Source: Basidiobolus meristosporus CBS 931.73
Lineage: Eukaryota; Fungi; Basidiobolomycota
NCBI GenBank assembly: GCA_002104905.1
Contig: MCFE01000709.1
Location: 1 to 42,964 of the forward strand
Length of the DNA: 42,964 nt
Direction of reading: 5' to 3'
Shown: one piece after another, positions 1 to 13,427 of the stretch
Layout: the number at the start of each line of letters is the position of its first letter
Position numbering within the stretch: the stretch's first letter is position 1
Program-made: the position numbers and the translations under genes
Notes under the pieces: model-generated
Told to the model about the DNA's origin: nothing
The model's database searches: none
What the model saw: the letters and a program-made list of their open reading frames with translations, nothing else

Positions 1-1149
1 TCGGAGTTTAGCCATGATGTCACCAAGGTTCTTGGATATGGCGCATTAGTTTACCAGCGAGCCAGTCCACCATTCCGGCGCTCTGTAGCTCCTTGGATCT
101 CATCCGGCCCCGGCAAGTTCCCTACTTCGGAGGGCGATAACGCTGGCTGTGATTCTGGTCAGCCCCTGAACTTGATGCTTGTAGCCCCTTGAAACAGTAT
201 CTCCACTGAACAAATACGCAGCAATCCCTCCAGATCATGGACCCTAGGTGGTTGCCATAGAGCGCTGGCCGAGTGATCATCAGGAAGAACCCGCCTTCCA
301 AAGAGGCTATCAAATGGAATGCCCTCCCTATTATTAGTGCATCATATTGATGGCATTCGGATTTCTGTTGAGATCTTAGGCCGATATTACCGACGAATTA
401 ATATAAATCACTGTCACTGAATGGCGATATTCAGATGGGCTTTCATACGCCAGCCTCCAACCATCAACCCAAATCAGTTTAGTTAATACCCAATTAATCT
501 AGTTTGTGCACCATCTCAACAATAAAGAACACAACTCGGCCCAATTTGGAAGTGGGTGAGAAACCTGCTGCTCGCAGCGACACGCCTCGTAGATTAGTCG
601 TGATTTAGGGAACATACAGAGCCCGCTACTCGCTGATATTCTGTATTCCCCGATTTATAAAGCCCGCAGAAATTCCTATCTTTTTCGGTTAAATGTTTCT
701 TCCCTATTTCCCACCCGAGGGAGCCCATGCCACGATGACGATTGAAACTGGACCCACGATCGATGGTAGCCCGCCTCGACAATGTTCTCAGAATCCTATG
801 TGAAGCAATCCATGGTAGAGCATGCGCGAGTGCCGGCAATACATTCGGGTGCCTGCTGACTCCACTCTCGAGTGGACATATTTGTTCAAATGAGACCATA
901 TGAAGCTGATTCGCATTTACCCCTCTGGGCGGAGCGCTTAATGCTCGTCATAGTGCTTCCATGGAATGGGCTAGACTCTTACGAGCTTAGGCCCACTACA
1001 GGGTCGGAGCATCGCGGTGGATTGTGCAGGTGACAAGGGCAATGCGATGATCTAATTGTCTAGATGTGGACCACGGCTACGCCTATAACACACTTTCTCA
1101 GTCCTCATGGATTTTTCCGAGGGCAGGGAGCATAGCCGCCATTGTTGGC

Positions 1150-1176
1150 GGTGATGGTGATGGTGATGGTGATGGT
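1150..1176. repeat. (GGTGAT)4.5 hexamer microsatellite
   Basis: ggtgatggtgatggtgatggtgatggt read directly. No supportable gene around it. Confidence 0.9.
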
Positions 1177-1999
1177 CGCAGCAGCTTCAAGCCTTTGATT
1201 TCTCCTCCGGGGCCAATTACATCCACACTTCCATGAAGCCTAGACTCTATCGTGCTGATCAAAGCCCATACCAGTTTCCAGTGAACTTCAACGCATCATA
1301 TGCACGTTCGAAACCTCAGCAAAAGGGTGAATCCCATCTTGACTTTGATTTGAACCAACAAGGTCAGATGAATGAATTAGTTACACTGGATTTTAATCTG
1401 CTTGATTAGTCAGCGTGTAACGAGCCACATTCCTGTGATGCTAGAGCTTAGTTGATGAATTGCGGGGACGAGAAAACCTCGAGATCTTCCGGAATCTTCG
1501 ATAGTTTCCACGAAGACCAACTTTAAGTAGTGGATCAATGCGACAACAATTCCTCCCCAATCTCCCTCGATACTTAGTAACGTTGACTCCTAGATGGTGT
1601 CTGCTGATGGGTATATATGGTATAGGATAGTATATATATTGCTCTGCGGCTACCTCACGGTAACACAATACCACACGAACCGGCTTCACTGCTGTTTATG
1701 AATTGGCATGCACCTTGTATGGGCCCACAGTGTGTCTCATGCATGTGATGCAGTCCTACGAATATTCGCTAGGCCTGTGGGTAAACACAAAGATTCCCTC
1801 GACTAAGGCAAGCTTGTCGCGGCGGCTTTGACAGGACCCTACCGAATCAACTACAATGGCGAAGATGTTGGGAAGGCTCTCCCAGGACGAATTCTCGTCA
1901 CCCTATCTAGGATTGTACTATCTGATATCTACTCCATATTCCCCGGTATGGCATGATGTGAATATGAAATCCTTGGAAATCTTGTTACACTGGTTGGGC

Positions 2000-2011
2000 T
2001 TAGGGTTAGGG
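2000..2011 (+). repeat. Two telomere-type hexamers (TTAGGG)2
   Basis: ttagggttaggg read directly. Confidence 0.6.
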
Positions 2012-5000
2012 GTTGCACGTATGATCTCATATCGGCTGTTCACTTTAATCTGCAATCATGATGTCCTTGGTCGAAAGGGCTGCATCATGTCTCACTCGTG
2101 TCTGGTGAAAACGATTCAACACTGATTGCCACTCAAGTCACAGACATCATGGGATTCCCGACTATTTCTTAAAAAAGAAGATGAGGTGTCGTTGCACATC
2201 CAGCCTCACATTCTAATGAGACGACGCCGGGTGGCAAAAGGCTATGCCTCTACACATCGGTACTGCTAAAAGGATGCCGCATTTCAACCACATATCCATA
2301 AGCCAGCCCACTCTCTGCACCGAAAATACCCACTACAGGCCCTGTGATCCCCTGAACACTCATCGAATCAGGGTTGGGATGTGATTTGGCCTCTGCAGTC
2401 TGAGAGGTATGGATGATATAGCCTGTACGTAAGCTGCCATCCATTCAGAAGAGCCTGCCTCTTCCCCACAATGCCAAAAGTGGCCCGAGGAATCAGAATG
2501 TTTCAGAGGTGCAAATGACACACCTGCTTGTGGCCTTGCAGCCAGCCATTGGTTTGTGTAGAGACCAAGTTTGCCCGCACCCAAGTCAAGTCTGATCTAC
2601 GTGAGACGCAGACGTTCGTACACGGCCTTAATCAAGTTGGCTAAATGAAGTGATTTAAATAGGTGAGGGGGAGGTGGAAGCGGCGCTGGTGCTAGTGCTG
2701 GTATTGGTGCCAGTTCTGTTGACGGCGAATTCAGACCGAATTCAATCCCATGCATACTACCTAGCCGCTCGACACCAGCACTGTGAATATTTTACTAGGC
2801 TGGCCAGCGATTCGCAGAGAGCCTGATGGGCGATACAGGACCTGCAATCTGTGAACTAATTGGATGCACAGATGATGATATGCTTTTCTCTATAAGCTTA
2901 GTCCCTACCACTGTGCCACGATCCAAAGTTATACAGATCTTGTTCGAGTGACAGGGACTCATAGCCAGGTGGATTGCTAGAGTAGAGATGCATTTAACTA
3001 TCAGGCCGATGCCACAATGTATATGCTATGCGGAGACCCACCAATGAGATGCCTGCTGATGCTGCTCATGAATATTCATGTACCAACCGATACAGATCCT
3101 AGTGAATGTGGATTTGCCGAGAAAATCAGCGAGTGGCCTATGGGAGAGCCCCTGGAAGAGAGCCAGGATCATGATTCTCTTGAGGAGGCAATTGGCCACG
3201 CGTTTCTTCTCAGGATCTACCTGGTCTTGTATAACACTTCTATATGCGGCAACATTACTGCACTGCCCCAATACTCTCCATGCTCTCCATTGGATCTTCG
3301 CGAAGGGAGAGAAACGAGTTTTCCACGCGCGATTGCATCAAGATTTTCGACCATAGGTTGTATGCTTTATTTCTCCCCAGCCATTGCTCCCACTGCTACA
3401 GGTTGATGCACCACACAGGTTAATGCACCACATATTAGGCTTAGAGGCTGGCTTCCGAATCAGAATCCCACAAGCGACTGCAGGGGGTGGCGTCTGGCAG
3501 GGCCCAATAGACTCCCGACAATTGCCAAGATCCGTTTTGGAGGTAGAACCGCCGTGAGCTGGCAAGGTAATCGAGGCTAGGATTGACTCACTTCCATGCC
3601 TACTAGTCTTGGAGCCATGGCGGCTTGATTCGAGTGCGGATGATGCCATTCCACGAGGAGCGACAGGAGTGGGCAAGTGGGATTTATTTTCGAATACGAT
3701 TAGTGTTGATCAGGATGGATCTCATCTTGATATGTGTTCTTTCGGCACCGCTCCCTGTAGTGATGTTCTAATACAGCGCAATGTGGCTAGTCAAGGTTTG
3801 TACATCTAGATCGGATCTTGAATCTTTGTTGACAGGCTTTCCAGCAGGGATGCTTGCCAATGGCGGGGAGGAGCTAGAGACTAGAGCCCTGACTAGTAGT
3901 TGAGCCTCGGATATGGGATAGCATGCAACACTTCACACATCCTTGCTGCCAAGCTCTGGAACGAGGTATCCACCTACGTCGCCACTTCCCAGGAGTCGCC
4001 ATTGGCACATGAGCCGATTCCAGAGACGACGCATTAATCAGAAACCACCAGACATCACATATTTGTCAGCTACAATGCACGTATTCGACCCTCGATTAAT
4101 ATGGATCCAATTAGCTCATAGCTCATCAACGGTATCTTCTCATTTTTGAGGACCAAATGGAGCCGTCTTCCTGCTGACCACGGCCGATGGGGGACTATGG
4201 TGCGTTGATGCAGTGTTGACCGTATGAATTGCATTGGGGACGGGGGACAGCCGGTTCCTGAAGATTTCATTGGGCCCGCACATTCCAAGAAGCATGTTCC
4301 GAGCCAAGGTGGTGGCTGGATCCTTTCTTGGGTGTGTGCTAGGTGGGTATTGATCCCTACATCGAGTGAAGCCATTTCGAGAGCAGGCTAGTCCATAAGT
4401 ATGGCCCTGCGCCGCCAACGAGTATTTCTGAGACATCCTGACGGTGTGGCGAAATTGACTGCGAGCATCGAAGGGGTTTAGGAGGTGGGATGAGCCAGTG
4501 ATTACACCAGTCTCCAGATGCAGCGCACCTTTGTGTTGGGCGGAACTGTGAAGAGGCCAAATGAGGACTCACCGGGGGCAAATCCCCTTGTTCGAATTGG
4601 CAAGTACCAAGCGCCTTAACCGTGTGGGAATCGCCCATTCCAGTGCCCGATTACACAGCCATTCGTACCGGAATGGAATTTCCTCTGGAATGTCCAGTGG
4701 AAATGGAAGGCTTGGCGAATCGGCATTTCCTGGACGGAACGAGGGATTACAACATGGTGATGTATTGGGCATGATTCGATGGAGCTTGGGTATACCTGGA
4801 TCTAACGGGCACGCAGAGGATGAACAACTTCAGGGTGGCCCCCCCAGTGGGTCTGTGCTTGTCCCCAACCTTAGGAGCATTTGGAAACAAAACAAATCCA
4901 TTTCTAGTGGGGTGCATGCTGAGACGGATATTCCCGCGAAACTGGTGGCGAACTGGATTCATGGAGATGCCAACCACATCCGCCCTTCCCAGAATCAAGA

Positions 5001-5929
5001 AATCCGTCATGTCCCATTCCATTGATGGATTCAAAGGTAGGCAGCATGGGATAGTCATGGGCGAGCCAGGGAGCAGTAGCCCAGGATCACCCACATAGTG
5101 CTGCTGTACGTCGTCTACCCACATCATCCCATTGTCGAGATGTTGCTGGTCACCTGACTACCCAACCATCTCCGGAACTAGAAATCACTTGGTAGTTGGG
5201 GGCCATTTTGGTTGCGAGTCTTTCCTCTGCGGGGATGGATTCATACTACCCTTTACTGAGGGCCAACCTCGTCTCCACCGACTAGCTGAAGAGAGACAGT
5301 CGGAGAATTGTCCTTTCCCGAGGTCGAATCCTCTGGATTCGAATTATGTCTGGATCCATCTACATGGTAGACCGATAGAGCGGGAAGGGGTCTTGTGTTC
5401 ATTTGGTTTCCCTACCTGATTGTTCATGGGTCGGGAATGTATCCGTCGGGTACCCGAGGTTAGGGAGATCCTTTTCCCAACATTTCCGGGATGCCTTCTG
5501 GAAATGGTGAAGTTGCCGTCAAGCCCGCCCATCAGCCCCTAAAGCTGGGCCCGATGTGCAGTGGAAAGGCGATCCACACTTTCATTCGGCTCTCGAGGTT
5601 GACCATATTACGAGCTCCAAAAATAGGTCAGGTATCGGTTGTGCCGTGAATACCATGTTATGGGAACCTGAGGGGAGGGGAGGGGGAGGTTCTGGACTGT
5701 CTTTACTGTCTTTACTTCAGCCATCATGGCCGAGTCCTATATTCTACCCAGGAATTCCAAATTGGTACCCCCCCATAAGAAATACCGTCCCCCTCAAAAT
5801 TGGTGCTCTATGGTCGATCGTACTTCTTTCATCTAGCAGCGCTATTAGTCTGTTGCTGTTTGGAGAACCCTCTTGTTCGCCTAGATTCTTGCTTGTTTTG
5901 TAAGCGCCCCTCTTGCCAACATAAGTTTG

Positions 5930-6420
5930 GAAATTCCCAAAAAAAATAAATCACCACCACAATCCTGCCATAAGATTATGAAGTGGGTCAAGAATTCCAA
6001 GCTGCTGGCTTTATTACAGCCTCATTATGGGACCCTCAGGGCTGATCTGGATCTGATCCACCCACAGGATCAAGTTACTTTTCATTGGATGGGCCACACT
6101 CCACTGAGAGGGATGAGTTTGCAGAGAAGAGCACTTTGTCTACTAGAGCATCCACATCCTTCATTGCAGACAGAATGGAGATCTCACTGACGAGCAAATT
6201 AAAAATATCAGGAAATCAAAGTATTTTAAATAAGTACCATTAATACTTATTGCAATGACTAGTAGTTGAAGTGCTAGACCATGTAATGCTGGTGGAAGTC
6301 CCAAATATATAGGAACCAGTGAGCAAACAATGGCACAAAGCTGCAGGGCCCTTGCCAAAGGCACAGGCTAAGGATCTTAAGGCAGAAATACTATTGGATG
6401 GGTGGATTTTAATGGAGTGC
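5930..6420 (+). mobile_element. Decayed fragment of the CACTA-associated 3' region plus the multi-copy unknown module, truncated by a foldback element
   Basis: gctgatctggatctgatccacccacaggatcaa resembles 14935-14970 and the reverse complement of 9000-9030. gcagaaatactattggatgggtggattttaatggag resembles 16361-16400 and the reverse complement of ~12880-12920. Confidence 0.6.
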
Positions 6421-7110
6421 CACACTAAGCTATGGGTGCCAAATAGTGCCATAGTGTGTCAGAGAGGCATCACAAACATATACTTTGCTACAGACAGTGG
6501 TATACAGCTCTAATTCTTGATGCAAAGTGGCCTCTGTATTTAACCTGTTGCATTGAAGTAAATCCATGTTTGACCCCTTTTTGGGATCATCATAATTCAT
6601 GATGTGCAGAATCATACAGAGGGTGAAGTCATGCATTTGATACTCAATACCCATGGCACTCCAGGCTCTGCTGCCAGGTTTTGTAGCATATCACAGAATT
6701 CCAAGCCATGATCCTGGTCCACAAGTGCAATCTGACACTTTAGGCCCTTTGTGTAGTGTGTACTTTAAGGCTGAAACTTAAATCAGGTCCTAGACAGTGT
6801 ATGTGAGACAAGATGGTGCCATACACTTTTGAAACATGTTACAGATGCCTGCTGCAACATTTAGAGTGCCATGGGTATTGAGTACCATATTCATGACTTC
6901 ATCCTATCTGCACTTTCATACATATTGCATTGTATTGATTCTAAAAAAAGGTCAAAGAATGAATTTGCTTCAATACAGTAAGCAAATACAGGTCTACTTT
7001 GCATTATGATGTAGTGCTTTGTTTCACTGCCTGTGGCAAAGTATGGGACTGTCATGCCTCTCTGGCACACTATGGCACTATTTGGCACTCATACAGTAAT
7101 TCAGCACTAT
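6414..7110. mobile_element. Degenerate foldback/MITE-like element, same family as 39721-40452
   Basis: Left arm gtgccaaatagtgccatagtgtgtcagagaggcat mirrors right arm atgcctctctggcacactatggcactatttggcac. Inner motif tactcaatacccatggcactc mirrors gagtgccatgggtattgagta. Same motifs as the 39.7-kb copy. Ends approximate. Confidence 0.8.
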
Positions 7111-7329
7111 ACTACCTAAACGTCTAGCAAGTAAGGGGTATGAACCAGAGGCAATAGCCAAAAAATGCACACAGGTGTAGGAGGTTGTGGAGTGGCCAGG
7201 ATTTTAAAGTGTGCACAATGGCAGAGAAGCAATCAATAGCAAATTAGGACTGTTCAAATAAAAAAAATATTGACCCATACTTTGGTAAATCCCAGATGGT
7301 TATTCTAGTGCTCCCTGTAAAGAATAATT

Positions 7330-8975
7330 ATATCCCACAAGTGGATATAATCCAGATTAGCCACCAAAGTGCTGGCAGCTTGGAATTGTTGACCCACTTT
7401 ACAGTCTTATGATGGGATGGTGATGGCATTTTGCTGATTCTACGCTAAATAGGTAAGTAAATCTGATCATGTTTAGAAGGTCCATTGCCAAGATTTGAAT
7501 GTCAATCTGATGGTCTTATTTCAGCCCACAATTATTTCAGTAGCCCCAACCAGCCAGTGCATGCAAATGCCATATGTTGAAAAAACCTTATCAGTATGCT
7601 GACAGCTGTGATGCATACATCTGCTAGCTTTATAATGGCAGTATGACGGACTAAAGGTAGTACTGTAATATGCTACTGTACCAATATTCCAAATGCCATT
7701 TTTCTTTGCTACCACCCCTTGTGCAACTGATATATTTCATTATCATGTCACCCCAATTTATTTGCTCACCCACCTCTGCCATGGGTACTCCACATATAGT
7801 TTGTATTAAAAAAGACTATGACACCCTCCTTACTAATCTTAACATACATGCACAGCTGCTGTAATTGATACACTACTATAACCTCAACTTTATGGCTTTA
7901 TGGTGTGATAGTTGCAAGGTTGCCATATAGCTTGTATTGCTGGTAATATATATATTTTGCAAATCTTTGCTTAGTTGCTGCCACTTCTGCCGTTAGTACC
8001 TCTTGAATATCTGCAAAACACTTCTTGGGACTTGGCTAATATATTCCTTCTCCCTGCTGGATTCTTGTCTCCCTTATAGGTACCCACTGTTTCTTGTTTG
8101 TATGAACTCTGCATGAAATGGCAAAGAAAATGGCTTGTACCTAAGAGATGCCCAGCACACTTTTGTAAAGTTGTACTAATAAGACTTAGTTGCTTGTTGC
8201 ATCCAACCCAACCTTGCATTACTTAACTGATTACCTACACACTGGGGCTGCTTAGCATCTTGATGCCCAAATCCATGCACACATCTGTCCTCAATACTTT
8301 CTAACTTCTCCTGGCTGTCCTTCATGTGCCTGCTCATCAAATCCATGACAGACTTGAAGGTACTATTCCTCATGAGATTGGGATATTGTTATACTTGCAA
8401 CTTGACTTGACCTCCAATCTCCTCACACATCAGCTCCATAGGATACTGCCAAAAGGTGAAGAAAGGTCCAATATTCCCAACACACCAAGTTGTTTAAAAT
8501 AGAGACTGGATGCAGTAGCAGGAGAGATCTACATGCTCAGCCTTATGCTTGTAGTCTAGCCACTCAAATCCTGTGACAAACCACTTGCATAAAAGCTGCA
8601 GATGCATCAAGTTGGTATTGATGATCTGCTTGAGAATAAATATTCCTACAATGTTCACATGTGACTCCCAGTGCTTGCAATGCACTCTGGGTAGCATTTG
8701 CCATAGTAGACCACTTGAATACAAACACATCCAGTTCATCCAGTCCTTGCATTGGTGTTGATGCCTATGCATATGAGTATTTATTGGAGCTCATCAGAAA
8801 TACTTTGGGTTGTGAACACCCTGTAATATCTTGCCAATTCATTCAGATTTCCCCAATATCTCAAAGGGCCCATTTAGCTTGAAATGCCCATGTGCAACTT
8901 GGTCATTAATATAGGATACTGATGAAGAGCAAATGCATTGCTCCCAGTGGTAAGCTCTTGCACCAACAGATTCTC
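7330..8975 (-). mobile_element. CACTA/EnSpm transposon relic, copy B (C-terminal transposase half plus 3' region), pseudogenised
   Basis: Translates to CKDWMNWMCLYSSGLLWQMLPRVHCKHWESHVNIVGI...LHLQLLCKWFVTGFEWLDYKHKAEHVDLSCYCIQSL and KSVMDLMSRHMKDSQEKL, paralogous to copy A. Many stops. Ends approximate. Confidence 0.85.
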
Positions 8976-11950
8976 CCTATCTCTACAAAAAATAATTTGG
9001 TCCTGTGGGTGGATCCAATCCAGATCAGCCATCAGGATCCTGTTAAGAAACTGGCATAATACCAGCAGCTTGGAATTAGTGACCCTCTTAACAATCTTAT
9101 AACAGGATCACAATGGCATTTTGCTAATTCACTACCAAATATAGTGATATAACTTGACAGGGTTTGATAGGTGCTGTGATGATAATTGCATGGAATTGTT
9201 GCAGTCTTATTGCGCTCTACAACTATTTTAAATGGATCCAACTAGCCAGAACATCTGATTGCCTTATGTGGCAAGAAACTTGACAGTATTTCAACAAGCT
9301 CACTGCAAGACTCTGATGGCATTATATTGGCAGTATGGTGGCCTACAGCTGGTTCTGTATAATGCTACTATACCAGTTTACCAAATGGTATTTCCTTTTT
9401 CTACCTACCCTTGTGTAACTCATATATTTCACTGTAGAATCACCCCTCTTTATTTGCTTACCCACTAATACCTTGGGTATTCCGCATATAGTTTGAATAA
9501 AAAAAAACTATGGCCTCCTGCTTACTAACTTCTATAAATACACACACCTGCAGCATTTGACATACTTCTATCACCTCAACTTTATGACTTTTTAGTATGA
9601 TAAATGCAAAGTTGTGATATACCTTGTGCTGCTGGTAACATATACATTTTGCAAACATATGCTTGGTTGTTGCCACTTCTGCAATGAATACCTCCTAAAT
9701 ATCTGCAAAGAACTTCTTGATATTTAGCAAATATATTTCTTCTCCCTGTTGGATTCTATTCCCCCTTATAGGTGTGCTCTGGCTCTTGTTTGTGTGAATT
9801 TTATATTGAATGGTGTAGAAGTTGGCTTGTGACCATGAGAAATCTAGCATACCTTGGTAGAGTTTTCCTAATAAAAATTAGTTGCTTACTTCACCCAGCC
9901 CAACTTTGCATTACTCAGCTGTTTACCCATGCATTGGTACTACATAGCTTCTTAATGCCATAGGCATAGGTGTCACCATGTGCACATTTGTCCTCAGTAT
10001 TTTCAACTCTTCCTGGCTGTCCTCCATGTGCCAACTCATCACATCCATGACAGACTTGAAGGTAATATTCTTGATGAGATTGGGATATGGCAGTACCTGC
10101 ATCTTGACTAGTCTTCCTATCACCCCACACATCTGCTCCATAGGAAACTCCCAAAAGGTGAAGCAAGGTACAATATTCCCCACGCACCAAGCAAGGTGGA
10201 GTAGAGAATGAATACAGTAGCAGCAGAGATCTATGTGTTCAGATCTATGTTTGTAGTATAGCTGCTCAAGTCCCATTACAAACTCCTTGCACAACAGCTG
10301 TAGATGTGTCAAGTTGGCATTGGTGATCCACTTCTGGATAAGTATTCCTACAATGTCCACATACAACTCCCAATGCTTCCAATGTACTCTTGGCAGGAAT
10401 GACTTCAGAACACCACTTGAATAAATACATATCCAGCTCATCCAGTCTTTGCATTTGTCTTGTTGCATATGTGTAGGAATATTGACTGGAGCCTGTGAGA
10501 GGTGCTTAGGGTAGCAGATACTCTGGAATATCTGGCCAATTCTTTCAAATTTTTTGGTATCTCAATGGGCACATTTAGCTTGAAATGCCCCATGTACAAC
10601 TTGGTCATCAGTATAGGGATTTTGTTGAAAAGTACATGCATTGCTCCCAGTGGAAAGCTTTTGCTCCCACAAATACCTTCTATCTTAAGTATCTTTGGCT
10701 TTCAATTGATTCTATATTCTGGCCAATGGCCTATAGCTTGCCTACTTTGCTGCAATTGCATGCTGATGTCTGTATGTTCTCTCTATGGAAAGATGATGTT
10801 CTTAGTGCTGGTGTTTGGGTAATAATAATGTGTGTGAGTTATGGAGTAAATCCCCTGCATCTCACACATTTGACAGCAGCACTGTCCATTGTGCCCAGAA
10901 AAACCTGCTATCTTGCCGATGGCTGGGGTATCTCCAATGCAGATAATAATATGCACTTTTACATGATGGTCATATACTGTTTTCCTGCTGGAAAGCATAC
11001 AAAACTCATGCAGCAATGGATACAGATAGCTATTTAGGTTGTGCAGTGATTTAGGCCCAGATTACAGTGAGACTACCATCAGATTTTAGCTCTGATACTG
11101 TAAGATGGGCAGCAGATTCAGATTAATGAGAATCAGTGACCAGCAGGATTTGCTGGTAGAGTACTTGTTTAATGAGAATTCATCAAGTACCAAGGCAAAG
11201 GCAAGGTCATACATACCTTCAAAGTAGCCCTTGCTTTGCAGCTGTTTGTAATGTTTGCCATCAAGTATATTGGATATGTTTGCACTCAATTGATACCAAG
11301 TATGGTACTGTATAGCTTTGCAATATCTGTTGGACTGCATCAGCTTCCTCAGATGGGGTATTATTGGAATATATCTGGAGTGTCAACAATGTTATCCCTC
11401 AATGGTGATGGATTCCTGACAATTTGAACTCATTGCAATGGTAGCATTTTTGGATGTGAATGCCATGCAACTGTTAACACATGCTAGAATCAAGACAGTC
11501 TCTGGATCATATGTTGCCAGCCAGATGTCAGTTGTCCACTTGTACCATGCACATAGTAAGTTGCATCCTGGAATGATTTTGGCAAGCAGTAATAATATAT
11601 CCTCAAAGCCCCCATTACTGATATTAGTGGAAATGTGCCACTTCTCTGATCACAACATTACATCATTCACCAGTAGATGGATTACTGGGCTCACTTTGTT
11701 CCATTAAGTATCCTTGGCATTTGTTTCAATGCTTGTTTTTCATTGTATATTGGGATTTGATCAGGCTCATATGTGGTACTGTTGTTAGGGGAGATAGGCT
11801 CAAAATCCATCAGTGAACCTTCTTTGTCCAAACTATCACTCTGCATGCCATATTCAGAAGGCAGAGGTGAGCATAAAGGTGTCACAAACTCACCTGATTC
11901 AGTTTTTGCAAGGTGACAAAGATGGCAAGGTGCCAATATAGAAGTATCAA
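8975..11950 (-). mobile_element. CACTA/EnSpm (Transposase_21-type) transposon relic, copy A, with a near full-length pseudogenised transposase at ~9450-11950
   Basis: Motifs occur in the expected order: CVNSCMAFT; ILDGKHY...GYF...DLAFALVLDEF...WSLILINLNL; SGPKSLHNLNSYLYPL; IGDTPAIGKIAGFSGHNGQCCCQMC; CIHSLLHLAWCVGNIVPCFTFWEFPMEQMCG...PYPNL. Many in-frame stops and at least two frame changes. Confidence 0.9.
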
Positions 11951-12324
11951 ATGGCTGGTAAGATAATGTTGGTACAGTAGTGACTGATGAATGGTCAAAT
12001 ATGACTTGTGTGGCATAACACTGGCCGTGATCCTTGTAATACTTCCTATGCTGTCTGCATGCTTCATGGCTGAGAGGCTTGCCACAATAGCCACATGGTC
12101 TTGTTTCTCTTCCCTTTTGGCGTTAAGTCAAAGTAGTCTTGTCCTTGGGCAAACAGTTTGACCTTCAACAACAAAACGCTATTATATCACTTTTTGGTCA
12201 ATACTCATGTGAATTTAAGACAGTCTTGTACTTGAGACATTGCACCTACATGAATGTAAGATTCAATGATGACCTGCCATAGTAAGCATTATAATAAAGT
12301 TGTGGTACCACATACACACGTATA

Positions 12325-12445
12325 TATACCAATCTAAATCTGCCACCTATCTTGCAGTATCAGGGCAGAAATCAGATGGTAGTCTCACAGGTATCTGGGC
12401 CTAAATCACTGTCCAACCAAAATTGCTACCTGTATCCATTCCCTA
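12325..12445 (+). mobile_element. Short CACTA transposase fragment, an inverted copy of ~11020-11125
   Basis: Translates to NLNLPPILQYQGRNQMVVSQVSGPKSLSNQNCYLYP. Nucleotides match the reverse complement of 11020-11125. Confidence 0.8.
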
Positions 12446-12499
12446 TGAGAAATTATTGTGATGATCCCATCAAATGGATGTCACAGATTTAAAGCCCCA

Positions 12500-13370
12500 T
12501 GACTAAGTGGCACTGATCCTATCAGGGCAAGGTGCAAAGACTGCTGAAAAATAAATTCACCCCAGATTTCACAAAAGACTTAGTCAAAATATTTCATCAC
12601 AACAGTGTACAGATGGCTTTTGATTGGTTCCCTGCTAATTTGCTTATTTCCTGATCCCAGACACTCAATCACCTCCTATGCTTGTGTATATTGACTTGCT
12701 ACTGCCACTTTTTCACTCTTCTTACTTCCCAACTCAACTCTTTCTCCTACTTTTTGAGCATACAAGTTGATTTATTTATGTCAAAACTTCAGTTGTACCT
12801 CAATTGCCAACTGTATTGACCTATACAAGTCCTAATACACTACGCTAAAATTAAGCCCAACCCCACACTCAACAAGTAACTCCATTAAAATCCACCACAC
12901 ATTGAGTATATCTGCTGTAATGCTCTGTGTCCATGACTTTGGCAGGAACTGTGAGGCTGTATACCACTATTCATTCACTGGTTCCCATGCATCCTGGTCT
13001 TCAGCCAGCACTGCAAGGTCTGGCACCTCATCTGCCAGTCTTTGCAATAAATCCCTTCAATATTCAAGTGCTGTTTCTTGAGCACTGCTCTTGAACAAAT
13101 GTGCAACCTCTTGGTGTGCCTATTAATGTTCCAAAATTCCCCTGAAGGCATTGTGATAACCTTTTGAGTTGTTGACATTGTTACTTTGTCTGTCATTGAG
13201 ATATCTACTCTGTCAACAATGGATGATGTGGAGGCAGTGGCAGACAAATTTCTTTCTTGGCAAACTGATCTACCTTACTGGGGTATAGCTCAACAGACTG
13301 TGCTTCTAGCTCTTGTGAAAACAGCTGCTTTCTTGTTGGTAACTCTTCTTGGCAATGAAGGGATTTAGCC
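12500..13370 (-). pseudogene. Decayed copy of the unknown transposon-associated module plus flanking repeat
   Basis: EFWNINRHTKRL...AVLAEDQDA...ITADILNVWWILMELLVECGVGLN...DLYRSIQLAIEVQLK aligns to 15974-16550. 12555-12700 resembles 42740-42900 and the reverse complement of 16930-17090. Confidence 0.65.
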
Positions 13371-13427
13371 TGTTCCAGACTTATGGCATTTGTCTTGTAC
13401 TTTGTTTTCTACATGATGAATGCTCAA

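Noticed and set aside
4747-5127. PGLLLPGSPMTIP...MEWDMTDF resembling the Ty3/gypsy integrase GLLQPLPIP..W..ISMDF
   Set aside because: No upstream HHCC zinc finger, no downstream D/E catalytic motifs and no RT nearby. Likely chance.
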